A stretch of 45,217 nucleotides of DNA from assembly GCA_001687465.1 (NCBI GenBank), contig LVLI01000661.1, positions 1 to 45,217 of the forward strand. Direction: 5' to 3'. The notes under the pieces are model-generated. The model saw only the letters and a program-made list of their open reading frames with translations. It made no database searches and was not told the origin of the DNA. This document shows positions 1-13,283 of the stretch, piece after piece. Within the stretch, counting starts at the first letter, position 1. Each line of letters begins with the position of its first letter. The position numbers were made by a program, and so were the translations under genes. Origin of the DNA: Halocafeteria seosinensis (lineage: Eukaryota).

Positions 1-176
1 GGTGACTACAGAAGAGGTGGAGGCATTGGCCGTGGAGCATAAGTTTTAACACCTGTTAGTACACATGAAATTGTAAATTACGATATTTTCTTGATGATCT
101 CGGGAATGACTAGGGGACAACTAGCAACAGATATCCTTTCAAACAAATGAATACATCAAACGCACAAATGTCGCGT

Positions 177-1978
177 TTACTCGGTATTAGAGTCACTCAG
201 AGGTGTCCACACCTGGGGCCATATATCCTTCTGGTAGTTTATAGACCCGTCCTCCATCCTCGCTGCATGTACTATCGTACTCTCGTAGGTCGGCGGTGGA
301 AAAGTGAAATGGGGACCACCGTTCAATCTTACACTGCCACCCAAGTAGCAAGAAGCAGCTGCGTAGTACTTCTGTGCATCTGTAAGATTCACAAATGCAA
401 TCCCTTGATCTTTGCCGTTGATATAAAACCTAACATAAGAGCGAACTGGCAATGTTCTAGAATGGGAGTGAACAGTCCCTGTATCTGAGTTGCTCAACCG
501 TAGGTACGGTGTCTCTGATGCGGTCAGACTGCCCTCAAACGACTGCTCCTCGTTGTGGTGATTGGAATCGGGGACTCCTACAAAGAGTACACAACCAACA
601 ACATCTCCAGCTTCTGCCAACGGAAGTACCATTAAACATACGCGTACAAATTGGTTGTTGATATATATATGTACACAGACACAACTTACGTAAAGGATCG
701 CCGTAAGGGATGCGAGCACCCTGGTGAACTTTCGAGCCATTCTGTCCTCTGATGCTCCACGAATGACCGTCGAAACCAACTGAGCAGTTCACATCGGCTT
801 TATTCGTCGCTATTCCCACTCGAACTTGACCAATTTGTTCCATAGTAATGCGAGCTGAATTCGCCTCGTTGGTCTTATCTCCGCTGCTGACCTTTTCGCG
901 GACTCTATAGTGTGTAGGTAGTATTTCGAATTCAAAATACCAGCACCCACTACCTCGAAGTACGGCATGACTACTTCGAGCCATTCGATGTCCCTGTTTG
1001 TCCCATTCCTAGTAGAATATAACACCACTTTGAAAACGAGTACCCCAGTGTATACGCACCTTCAAACAAGACAATACCGTATCTTGCATGGATAACTCCA
1101 TACCACTCTGCACGTCCTCGTTTCGAAAATGAACTAATTCGGTACTTTGCTCAGCTTTACTCTTTTTACAGCGATATCTGCATTTATAACCACCACTACG
1201 TAAGTGCTAAACAGTCGAAACCCGACCTGTTTATTTCGTCTGCTCACCTGTCTACAGCGCTTTCGCCCTCGGTCTTCTCCGCTGAAGAACCATGATATCG
1301 TTTTCCCAATGAGCTCCCCTGGTGTGTGGTGTTGCTGTCTGTCGTCGTCATGGACGAATTAGTCCCAGAAGCTGCGGTGGTATCCGTATCTGAAGCGGCA
1401 GTCATGGCTTGAGTGGCATCGTTAGTGGCTTCGTTAGTCCCTGACGATGCCACTGCAGTTTCTACCGTGTGAGACGCTTGACCGCTAACAGTTACTTCGC
1501 TGGTTTGTGACGACGTCATTGCTGTTTCCTGCACCTGGGGAGCTTCCCGGATGCTAGACACTTCACTAGAAGCTACTGTTGCGGTTCCCGGTTGAAAAGC
1601 GCCAGCAGTCTCCCTGGTTCCGAAGGAAGCCACTGTCACTTTCTCCGGGGTAAGTTCCACCCCATTGGTGGTAGTTGTCTCTGTATTTGATGAGCAGGAA
1701 ACAGCCTCAATAGTGCGCATGGCTTCGGGTGAATCCGGGACCGTGTAGGGTTTGAAAAACTTGGGCGGCGCTCTGCTTTTCTTTTTGGACAACACTCCTC
1801 GCCGTGCTGGCGTAGTACCGGCGCTTGCGGGAGAGACATCCTCCATACTACTGGCAGTGCTTGTTCCATTAGCTGTAGCCCCCAGCCCACCTGCATCCCC
1901 AGATCGTCCTGTAGGCGTGGTGTTCTGCGACATGCTTGTCGGTGCCGCCAGGCTGACAGTAGCAGGAGAAGATGCCAT
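177..1978 (-). CDS. ASH2L: ASH2L/TRAUCO/Bre2-like SPRY-domain protein (COMPASS H3K4 methyltransferase subunit), 4 exons
   Basis: Splicing out GT-AG introns at 1247-1178, 1059-1009 and 689-614 gives one continuous frame. It reads ...KQGHRMARSSHAVLRGSGCWYFE...VRVGIAT...VGFDGHSWSIRGQNGSKVHQG...YGDPLQAGDVVG...VRFYINGKDQGIAF...YYAAASCY...VRLNGGPHFTFPP, which follows the ASH2L SPRY motif order. The N-terminus is S/T-rich and low complexity. Confidence 0.8.
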
Positions 1979-3273
1979 TAGATGCTATTTTTAGGTCCAT
2001 TTGCCAAACCAACAGCCAACCCTGGTTCTTAGACAACCACTAACAAGCGTCCCCAGTGAGACTAGCCAGTCCCCAGTGCTTGAACTTCACAGGATACTGA
2101 TTAGAGATCTGATCATCTGTGTGTGTACAATGCGGCAGGTTCCGGTCGGTTGCAATTTCCACTGGAACGGATATGATATCGTTATGATCTTCATCTCTAT
2201 GTACCACCATGTATAACTGTCTTGTGTGGAAGAGCTGTACAGGAATGATGAGACACAAATAAAATGGGGAACGTATTATATTGAGAGGAAGTTAGGGAAG
2301 GTCTATCGCTTGATTCCTCGAGGCCTCATAAGCAGCAGATTCACCAATATTCTGTAGTAGCATGGCGTTTGTGTTCGATCAGTTAAAACGAATGCATCAT
2401 TTCGTTATATTCTTCAGATAATGAATGGAATTCTCGTCCCGGATCTCTTCAAGCACGGTAACAACTGTTAGTGCGCCTAGTCTGTCTTGTAGAGCAACCA
2501 AACTTCTCTGCTTCAGAACCACTTTACCCTTTCTTATATCCCAGCCTCAGCGAGGTATTTTGCTTCTTTTAGGCAATAACATTATTAAGATGACTTCCAC
2601 TGCGGACTGCTGAACTGTGTACTTCCGCTTCCCCTTTTCAGTTTCGTTCTACTAATGCGTTAAACAGCCTAATAGGTAATATACATTCGGACGAAGTTCG
2701 ACTATAGAGAGGGCAGAGAGCCTAAGTCACTTCAGAAAGTGCTCTGAGTGGATTTGGAAGTTTCGCCCGGAAAGAGTACAAAGCCTCCCGTGTGACTGAT
2801 GGCCCACCGGCAGCTGGATGTTAGCCGCTACACTTAGGTAGCAGCTGGCGCCTGTGTCTGGCAGCTACAGGCCCGCTGTTCCACTAGGAGAGAGGCAGCA
2901 TAAACGAGTGACTTCAAAGCATTGACGCAGACCCGAACTTTAGAATCCGTTTCCGTCACATCCCATATAATACATAAGGGCAACAGTCTCATGTAGTACG
3001 GTGAAAAAGTGTAAATGCCGCGACTCATGGCGAATACTTGTTCGTTTTGATACTACTGCAATAGCCTGTACACACAAAAATGTGGCATACATACAGTAGG
3101 GTTTGATTTTAGCGTCAGTGCGGCAGCAGCGGGCGCGTCGTTACTTTCCAATACATAACCAGACGCTAGGAAGAGTAAAAAATTGTTGTACCGTTCGGGT
3201 CATGCGTCTTCAGAGACTTAATGTTCTCCTCCACATCACCTGTGCCACGGTAGCTGAAGTGGACGAATGATAC

Positions 3274-6200
3274 TTATTTACCAATCTTTCTGTGCGGTCC
3301 TTCAAGTAACTGTTTCTTCCGCTGGCACGCCGCAGACTCAGCTGGTTGCCAGTTGCGGTCAGAAAACGAAACCCGTTCAAATAGCATATGGACGAATCGT
3401 CGGACACCGACACCAAAACGATGCCTTGCTACCAGCGCTTGAGCATGCCAATACAGACCAGGTTCCACAAAGAGTTGAGGGTGTTCTCTCCGCATACTCG
3501 TCAATGCGAGTTTCGCATCTTTTGCACTGACACGGGCTTGTAATTTGGCGATCCAGGATAATGCATTCTCCCACAGTTTGCTGATTTTCGGTCTTACGTT
3601 CATTGTGTAACCGCCATGGACGGAGGTAGAATACTCACTGCTGTTGCTCTTCTGATTTCGAGCCTCATTAGGATGGATGATAATTCCGGGAATATCTGCT
3701 GCTGAGAGACCCTCTCTTGGAGGGGACTGTGAATTGTCTGCAAGCACGGGAACTACAGGAATGTGAGTGTACGACTCGCACCCTTCTACAGAGCTGTATC
3801 CCCATCCAAGGGCGTCCAAGTCGTAACGTCCCCGTTCGTGCAATCCCAAAAAGCCCAACGCCATCATTGCATCTGCGGCTAATGAAGGAGGCACTTTTAG
3901 TTCGCCGCGCGCCAACGAGTCGAGACGAAGAGGTGCATCTGGTGCGACTAAATCACACATGAAATGATATCCTTCTCGAGTGGAGCAGCAAATGCCTACA
4001 CTCCAAACTGCCGATCGCCGATAGTGAAGGGGCACCGACCCGTCAACAATAGTCTTGACCATACTTTGGACAGCGCTAGACTCGATTAAGGCTGCTTGAC
4101 CAGTCTTAGTGGACGAAAGGGGTTGGACGAAGTGGATAGGTGAGGACCTGAATCTCCCGTTTAGAACACTCCTACGAGAAGGGAGGATCCCAACGTTTCC
4201 ACTGCCACTTGGTGACTCCAGTAAATGGTCTGCAGGATTCTTGCTAGCCTCAGTATGGCCCCTAAGTGTCACCGGAAATTCAACGCCAGCAAGTCGAACG
4301 AGACCAGGAGTTACATCGCTAGTAGTGAATATGAACTCGGCTTTTTGATTTTTTGAAATCTTTCGAAAATGGCGAGAAGGCCTAAAATAAGATGACCCAC
4401 TAGTTTCTGTCTTGCTGGGGTCTACGGAGAGTTCCGATACGTCGCAAATTTCCCACGATGCCACCAGTTGTCCACAGACAACTACGGAAGCAGGACACTG
4501 ACTCTCATCATGATAATGTGGAACCACTCCGTGGTTCTTAGCTACTCCACCGACATCCGCTGGTTCAGGAATAGCGACTTCGTGTAGCTTTCCATTTACT
4601 GCGCGATAAGCGACGTCCGCTACGCACTGCTGTTCATATGCCTTTAGTGCAGACTTGTACGTCAGCGCTTCCTGTGCAGTGGAACCTTGAGAGAACGCAT
4701 ACGTATCCGCAGGCCAATTTTCCTCCTGGGAGGACACCGGAGGAAATAATACAAAGTTTCTGGCAGCTGCTTCGTCCGAAGACTGGCTTTCTTGAGTGCT
4801 TGGTGTGACGCCTTCTTTGTTTCGGCGTTTGGGTATACTCTCCCAAACGTCTTGAAAAGGACTACAAGAGTGGTCATAATTCTCGCCATTCTGTAGGAAG
4901 TCACTAAACGCGAAAGGAACGGCGCCACTTTCGGTGGCCACCGGAGAAGCGCCAACGAACACCGCGGCGAACAATTTGGCGTTAGGGGGGATCTCTTCGG
5001 AGGAAAGCTGCCCCGAGTTGTTGCGAACTACGGCTCTTATGACTGCATCGTTTAGTGAGCCATCGAATTCAGCACTCCCAGTAGGATGAACACGCTGCTC
5101 GGGATGAAAGCCACTGAGGTCGCATATCGTCTCGACGACAATCCTCTTCAGGCAACGTTGAGAGGTTGTAGTGTCCGATACGTCTGCGGGATCTGCGCCT
5201 ACTTTCGCTGGAGAAAGCTTATCCCATTGCATCCATATTTCAATACGCCACGGGAGCCGTAAAAGGGAGGCTAAATCGACGCCGTCGGCAGAGCCACAGC
5301 CCCAAAGGCCAGTCAATGCCTGCTGATAGGGTACGTTTATTACCGTGCTCTTGGGTCGCTTGGCCGGTTTTGTGCTTCGTCCTTGTGACGAAGTACGTTC
5401 CATCCGTTTTTCAACGCTGGATCGTTTGCCCGTGATGGCATCCGTTTTCATTGCAAAAGCACAATGGACGTCAAAATCTAGACAGTACAACCACTCCACA
5501 GTAAAAGTGTGCCAATGAGCCAACATGTGGGAAAGATAGCCACAAGATGAAAGCAGTTTCACTCCTTGTTCATAGTACAGCAGAGGCAACGCCAGAAATT
5601 CGATCTCAACAAAATCAAATAGACACAGAGGTGGACTCTTCGCTATTATTGCTCTAGCATAGACCGCAGATAAAACCGCAGCTTCGCTGAGTATGCTAAG
5701 AGCTATCCGGTGTAAATGGAGTTCATCCTTCAAGTACAGTATCGAAACGAGTATATCTACGCCCCAATCTGAAAATCCAGGAGCCCCTCCTCTAAGCAAG
5801 GCTCGCAGGAAGCATAGAATGCGCACTTTCAATGGTACCGACGTTTCAAGAGAGAGTAGCCATGTTTGAACCAACGTACGCGCAGCACTCCCCTCCAACG
5901 AAAAGTCCAAATAGTTGAGGACCTCAACACAAATATCTTCCAAACGAGAATGTCTACCAAAGGGCAGTAAAATCCGACCAACGAGGTCACTGCCGCGGAG
6001 AGCACGAGCGTTAGTTGACCTGCGTTTTTCCTTAACCTTGCTCAAATTCTGGAGCATTGCAGATTGTAAGACTGGATCATCTATCCTTGACCGAATATTG
6101 TTCCTAATAACATCGTCCTCTTCAACACCTGCTACATCTCCCAGTGTATCCTTTTCGGTTTCTGGCACCACCTCCTTCCCTTGTACAGGTGTCAGATCTT

Positions 6201-9200
6201 GATCTATTTCATCATCGTCACCTGAAAGTATGTGATCAACTTCTTTCATTTTCTGAAGATCAAACTGGTCCCGACTCAGAAGCATCAGTACTGTCCTACC
6301 GTTGTCACAGGACAACAGTAAGCCTAAAATAGAAAGGTATTCACGACTGAGCATCATTGCATCCATTAGATGTCGATCATGAAGATCGTTCAACCACCCG
6401 AGTTTCGCGTGAGACTTTCTTGAAACATTTGCATCGTATCCAGCCGCCATTCTCCTTCTCTCCGACTTGTCGTAAAGATTTAGAGCGTTGATGAGTGGAT
6501 TATTTTTCTTATCGCCTATTTCTCCTTGCAGTTTCAACGCTTTTCCTGTCCTTCTCATAAAATCAACCCGAGATTCACTTAAACCTAGGTCTCTTCCGGG
6601 GTTGCTCGGGCATGCAGCATGCCATACGAGCCAGTGAATTAGGTTACACAGCAGTCTTCTTCCGTCGCCCAGGGCACATCCACAGCGTTGCCTGTCCTTG
6701 ATTATTTCCTTTTGCTTCTTAGGTCCGCGAGAGAGCAGAAAAGCTCTTCCACCAGGATGGTGAAGTAGCACGGTCAACAGCTGACGTAAGACCCGAATAA
6801 AGCGTAAGTTGGATACAAGCCATGGGAGCCGATAGCATTTCGCAAAATGAGAGGGATTGTCAGGCTGATGGTCCGACTTAATTTCGGCGGCACTCCGGGC
6901 AGTCTCCGGAAGGCCGTCTAGCCAGTTTGTTACCCGATCGCTTTCGAAGTAGAAGAAACCGAATACTCTTCGCAGGAAGACACCATTTTTCCCTCCAACC
7001 GCTTGGAAATATCTATCGTCAACCCCTTTCCATAGCTGTGACATTTGGTTGATATGCGCTATAGCATCTGAGTACGTATTGGGACCCAATTCACCACGTT
7101 CTGAAGACGTCTTTAACATCGACGTAACGACTTCTGGTCCACCGAGCAGAAAGGTGAGAACATATGGACTAAGGCAGCAAGTATCCATCACCGATGCGAT
7201 GCTCTTCCAGTTCCAGCAGCGCCAGTCTTCAGTTTCAAGCACACAGGTTCGAGTTATTGCCGAAGCAGTGGTGCGCAGCAGTTCCGGTAGAAGAGAGGAA
7301 TGAGGATAAACCCCAAAGATTGCTTTGCCGGCGATGTCTGCCTTCGAATTCGGCATGGACTTATTCTTCAGGTTCCTTTCGGATTTTTCTCCTTTTTCAT
7401 CACCTTCTTGAGAAATGCTCTTTTCCGTAGTGCCCAAGAGCGACTCCTGCTCGAGATCGCAACCTCCGATAGGCACCTCCTGAGAGCCAGTCTGGTGGAG
7501 TAGATGAGGCTGTCCCCAGGGATGAGCATGACCACGACCGTGATAGAACAAGGTTAGACTCTCGGGATCAAACGACGTAGATTCCCCGGTGGACAGACTT
7601 GCAAACAATCTCTCGAGATTACTGGATGTACCATTGGGATGGTTATTCACTTGTTCCAAGGAAGCTTTAACCGAGTTCATATGAACGACGGAAAAATAAT
7701 CCGATACTTTGCACCATTGTTTCCATGACCGAGAATTGCGAGAATAATGCGCTTGGTATGAGGGAGCCGCATATAGTACTCGAGTTAAGTCTACGCTATC
7801 TTCTCGGGAGCCATATTGTCGCGAACTTGAGCGATGACGGGCGCCTGAAGATGTACTCGATGACTGCGCTTCCCCTAGCTCAAGTTCGTCGCTTGACTCG
7901 GACTGCCTTAAATACCGGTGGCAAACCAAGGCCCTACTTCCTTCAACAGCCTCGTGAAGCATATCGTTGACTACAGGATTCATAAGGAGTGTACTCTGAG
8001 GTAGCGAGTAGCGCAACACTAAGGAACGGAGTGCTCCAGAAATTTCAGGCAGGTCGATAGGCCCCTTTTGTAACTGTTCCCACAAAATTCCCGAAAATAG
8101 AGCATGCGACGCATCCTCCTCACCAAGTTGCTCTAAAGCTCCGTACGGTTGAAGATATAACGACATATGACTCAGTTTCTGAGGAATTTCTTGTTCACTC
8201 ATTACGCCCATAATCCTGCCGAGTAACATGTTTACTCCGGGATATTCACCAAAGCCGGAACAACTTCGGATCTGTTGCTCAAAAAGCTTCGCAAGGCCAC
8301 CATCATAAACCACCGTGTCGCGACCCATGGACCAACACATTGCTCCTGGGCCAATAATACTCTCACCTAGTTCGTTTACAGGCAATGCAGCCTGGTTAAG
8401 AGCCAACGAAAGCGCTGACAGATGCAACCGGTGATGACTCTTAGGAAGGGCATTTAGGTTCTTTAAAGTGTCAAGTAACGAGCTCTTGTTCGTGGCGAAG
8501 TACGTGTCAGCGACGCGCTCCGGCAGTCGCGACAGAGCCCTGACAACTAAAGTAATTACACGTTTAAATTGAACATCATAGCCCACAGGAAAGCACATAC
8601 AAGAGCTATTCCTGGGTTCTAGAACTGAGGGAGGGAACTGAATCCACGGCTCTTCATCGCTTAATTCTTCCACACTATCTGGATGCTCGTTTAAACCAGC
8701 TTCATCTCTTCCAAGCGGTTTACAGCAGGACTGCATAAGCTCAAACACCTCGGGATCACTAAATGGTACTCCTAATTTGTGCAGTTCTCCTCCTGAAGTG
8801 TAGAGCTCTGTTAAGACAGATTGCCGATCTCCTTCAGCACCACTGGAGAAACGGAGCCCTTGGCTACGATCAATCGCGCTTTCCAACTGACGAATAAATT
8901 GTGTAATAGTGTGCGATTTATCACTACTAATTCCGGGGGCGTGGTTGTTTCCGAAGAAATCCATTGTGTTTCTTCGCTGAGTTATATGGTCCATCGAATT
9001 GGTTTGCACATTACGCGACGGATAGTCGAAGAACCCAAAATGGTGGGCGATACCAGGGGTTCCTAGAAAGCATTCTTCATTTTGACCCCCTAGTGGTAAT
9101 GGATAGAGTTGAGTTCGAACGTCGAAGAGAAACCCATGTACTCGGCCTGAGGACTTTGATATCCTCGTTTGATTAGCTAAGGAAGCTGTGAGACCAGAAT

Positions 9201-11735
9201 GAGGTGACGACGGGCTATGCAAAACACTCGCAGTTTGCAAACAACTGATAAATCGCTCCCTCCTATAAAGCTTGCTTGCGTCACAACTACCCTTTCCACG
9301 CGGGCCCTTCCCTGACGCTTTCGGGAACCTGCAAAGAAAAAAGTTACTTCAGCAGTAAAATCTGGCAAAGGGACCAGTACTCTCCGTTCGACTTACATGG
9401 ACGTCATCCGGTAGTCAGCGTTAGCATTCGAGATATCATCCACCATACTCAAGAAGCGGGAGTACGGTAAAAGGTTGCCCCCTATCAGCAGGACATACGT
9501 TAGTACAATTCGAGCTGCCAAACAAACACGGCTATCCGAGGTGGCACATAGGTTAACAAGAGTGGAAAGCAGTCCGCAGGAGTGAGCACCATTGATAAGA
9601 TATGCGAGGTAGCTATCCATAATGTTGGAAGCCGACACACTAGACAAACTCCACGGAAGATTTCGCTGACGGCGTTGTTCTCTAGTCTTTGACTCCCGAA
9701 GAAGCGGCTTGCATATAAGACGGAAAATCTGAACCCAAAAGCGACAGTCTGTTTCGTGCGCCATGGATGGTCCCACTGACTCTTCTATGATATCCGTATC
9801 TAAGAACCCAGAAAACGGTTTTCCGTACGAAAAGTGAGGGTGCTCGGGCTCGGAAACGTCATCTTTTTTGTTGTCGACAGGTGCTTCCGGAGTTCTTGTC
9901 CCAAACTCCATCGAGTGCGCTGTGGAGGGAATACTATCCGCTTCTTCCGAGCTGCTGGAGTCGGAATCGAACACCGGTGCTGAAGAATCCTCTCCTGCAG
10001 TGGGAGCAGCCTGCCTTGCTTGAGTATTTGGACGCGCTTGAATTAAACACTGGTTGCTATCAAAACGAGGCACGCCCACAACCTCTAGTATCGCTCGCAA
10101 TAACACTAGCACTGATTCATCATCCTTGGATGAGTACAGTGTTGTGTTGATCATATTCCAGCCGCATTTTGACGCGACCAGAGCAAAGGCGCCTATCCAT
10201 GTCCTACCAAGTGTAACTAAGATTAAACGGGCACGCTGCAATTGGTTGGAGCGACTCCCTAGTTCATACGAAGAAGTCCTCTTGCTTCCGGGTGCAGATT
10301 TATTGGCGCCCCTGTCGTTTGCGAATACAGAGATTATCGGTGATACAATCGTGCTATAATCGAAGCCAGAGTCTGAGTTCTTGGAAATAAAATGCGTGAT
10401 CGCTAAAACCAGCGAGTCAATATCGGAGCCGTTAACAGATGATGAAGTCAGTAGATAGTCCATTAGCGCATCGATGCAGCCCGTTTGCATGACCACTGCA
10501 GCGCTTGTACCAGAAACAGTAGTACATAGCTCCTTGACTATACTAACTGCAAAGTTTCTACCCGGATCGGATTTCTCCTCGACTATCACGGATAGTGAGC
10601 TCACCACCGGGTACGGTATTTCGTTAGGCAACATCTGCGTCCAAAATCTAATGGTGGAAACCTAGTATTGTATCCCTTGCATATGTGCTTTAACAGACTC
10701 ACCTTCACTAGCCCTTTTACAACATAAAATGCACCTATCCGCTCTTCTGTGAGGTCATCGTCGCGTTCCAGAGAACGAATGAGAGCTAGAAGACAGCGCT
10801 GCATCAACACGGAAGGGAATTTCTACTAGCCGAACTCGACACGTAAACCGCTATCAGCATGGGTACTTACGTGATGGGTTATCCTTCGTGCTACAGATTC
10901 ATCTAACATAATAACTTTCAATGCTTTCAGACACAGGGCCCTTGTAGCTCGATCCCTTGCTCCTAGGTATGGCGTCAGCAATGAGACATAAGCTCGAAGA
11001 CTCACACCACCTTTTTCCAAAACACTGCTTCGGGAGGTACTGTCTTTACATGAGCGGAAGATCTGCAGCAAGATACGAAGACGAGCACGGGCTACCATGA
11101 TTCTNCCCGCCTGCAAACTATGGCTTGATACACATTCAGAAGCTTACATGAATCAGGCTACGAAGCGCAATGCATGCCTGGTCCGTATTCCTTGTCCGAT
11201 CCACCGACAAGGTTTGGAGTGTCTTGTTGACTTGGACTATATCTTCACCAGGGTCTCTGTGATTGCCTGTTCCGCTATGGCTCCGTTGTGTGGCCAAAGA
11301 CTGCGAGGATGCCGAGCTGCCCATCATTGGGCTTTCTTGGCCCTGTGCATAAGAAGTAGAAGAAGCAAGATATTGGCCAGCGGTGGAATCTTGGGACGAT
11401 TCCTGCGTCGCTCCTCCCTCATCAGCGTTGTCGGAAGGCATAGAGCCATGATCACCAGCGTCTGCACCAGCACTAGCAGGAGACCCTGTGGATCCTGCAC
11501 GGTGGGAGCGTGCATAATCATGATTCGCGTTCGGCGTCGGCCGTGGTGGTGCAGGAGGTCTTCCTTCTGATTTGGGGCGTGCATTTCCCGACGGTGGACT
11601 TGCGTACTGCGTCTGTTGTTGTTGTGCTCGTTGGGAATGAGAACTACCTTCACTATGACGCTTATTCGCGTTCGATTTATCCTTGGACGCCGTGGCTTGT
11701 GGCGGAGGTTCCTGGTACGACGCGTAGGAACTCAT
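3274..11735 (-). CDS. RICTOR: RICTOR/Avo3/Ste20/PiaA, TORC2 subunit (about 2700 aa, 5 exons)
   Basis: Introns at 11147-11111, 10870-about 10823 (or 10800), 10702-10635 and 9396-9329 join the ORFs in frame. RICTOR-type motifs occur in order: LIRSLERD..EERIGA; PYPVVSSL...D; RTWIG; WNWKSI; FLRRVFGFF; REYLSILGLL; LNYLDFSLEGSAAR; FLRALLRGGAPGFSDWGVDILV; AVWSVGICCSTREG; and C-terminal HPQLF..PGLYWHAQALVARHRFGVGVRRFVHMLF. There is an ambiguous base n at 11105. Confidence 0.9.
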
Positions 11736-13283
11736 TGTGCCGTCTATAAACTAACCACGCACCACAATGAAAATGAAGGACACCGTGTATGCGCATCTAT
11801 CTACTCCTAACGACCACACGATGATGACGATTAACTACTCCGCCAGCTGTATTGGGTCTAAACTCTACAAAATGTCTATCTAGACCCTCTGCAGCCGGCG
11901 GTTGAAGTACATGACCAGAAGAGTTAACCCTGCTGCAGGAAGTCTGGACAGAGAGAGGAAATGGAATTTTTTACGTTTTGCTTCGAGATGTAGTGGAAAG
12001 ATACCTCGAAACGCCACGCAGGCGAATGCAGTCTGAAATCAAGTGGACAATGACCGGAGGCACCTAACAACTACCAACAGCCAGTCAACGTCAGTGTAAC
12101 AACTTGCATTGACTTCTTGAACTAATAAGCATTGTTTGCTGACGACTGTAACCTGGACCCCTATTGTTTTCATTTGGTTTCCTTCCAGATTATGAAAAAC
12201 TATTTACAACGATTCCAGTCGCTCGTCTTGTGGTTCGAGTATCCCGTTTTCAGCACTGGCCATACATTACAATACATGTATGTACCCGGTACTGTTTGAG
12301 AATTTTTTCTCCGGAAATCGCAGAGACGCTCCCTGCACCACACTTGTACGTCGCGCCCGTACACCGGAGAAAGACCGTCCCCTTTCTACGTCCAGAGGTT
12401 TTCCCGATTGTTGCCCTTTCCACTGACTACTACGAGTACTTGATATTTGAGTGCATACATGATACATGGCATAGCTTTGAGGCGTGCTTCGTCACAAGTA
12501 CTCACAACCCCAATCCGACCTGAAAGACAACGCTAAACGACTTCATTAATTCGATGGAATTATAAACTCACCAAATATAGAGAAGTAAGGTTAGGTTTTT
12601 AAAACTTTTGCCTTCTCTGACTTCTGTTCTCACGCCGAGTGCAATGCTCCACACACTGGCTCCAAATGCTTGAAAGGCATGGCACACACTGGGTACAGTA
12701 CGGTACGTCCAGAAAGAGAAAGCATCAGACAAAGAATTTAACATCCATTCATTCATTGTTTGTCCTTCTTCTTCTTTTCCCCCGACTTTCTGGAGCCACT
12801 TCCACCATTTCACTTCGTAACTCTTGAAAACATGACAAAGTGATTCTTTAAGTGAAGTCTTCATCCGGGCCTGGGGCCAGGTTCCGGGCGTTGGGCCCGG
12901 ATCTCATATATGCTCATTGTCAAGGACACTTCGGACGACGAGACTTCGTTTTGTGTGCAAGGTAAGTCCCTTTGCCCTATAGCTGAAAGGTTCTGTCGCT
13001 CAGGGAGGTGTCGTGGGTGCTTGTGTGAATGTTGAGCCTGGGAAATTACAAAAAGACTTGGAAGGGGTGCCGTGTGGGGGAGGACGACGTGAGGCTTGGA
13101 CCAGAGTATTTCACGTCGTACTTGTCCTTACTGTATGACTGCAGATTGGTAGTTGCGAGTCGTCAAGCTACCCTCCCAATACGGGACCTAATTCGGTGAG
13201 GATTTCAGGAGAAAAGAGTGCCGAAATGGGTTGTTTTGCTGCATAATTGAGCCTGCCAAGAAGCTCCTCTCTTGTGTAAGACA

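Noticed and set aside
1..49. Possible 3' end of a plus-strand gene (GDYRRGGGIGRGA* or VTTEEVEALAVEHKF*)
   Set aside because: Too short to determine frame or identity.
2868..2879. 12-mer caggcccgctgt also present at about 16513-16524
   Set aside because: The match does not extend convincingly and is compatible with chance.
1979..3273. Short ORFs and a stop-interrupted minus-strand frame (about 2650-2290) between ASH2L and RICTOR
   Set aside because: No recognisable domain and no consistent exon chain could be built.
9177..11735. Apparent fragmentation of RICTOR, SMG7 and OXSM into separate ORFs (pseudogenes or recoding)
   Set aside because: Fully explained by canonical short GT-AG introns that restore the frame.
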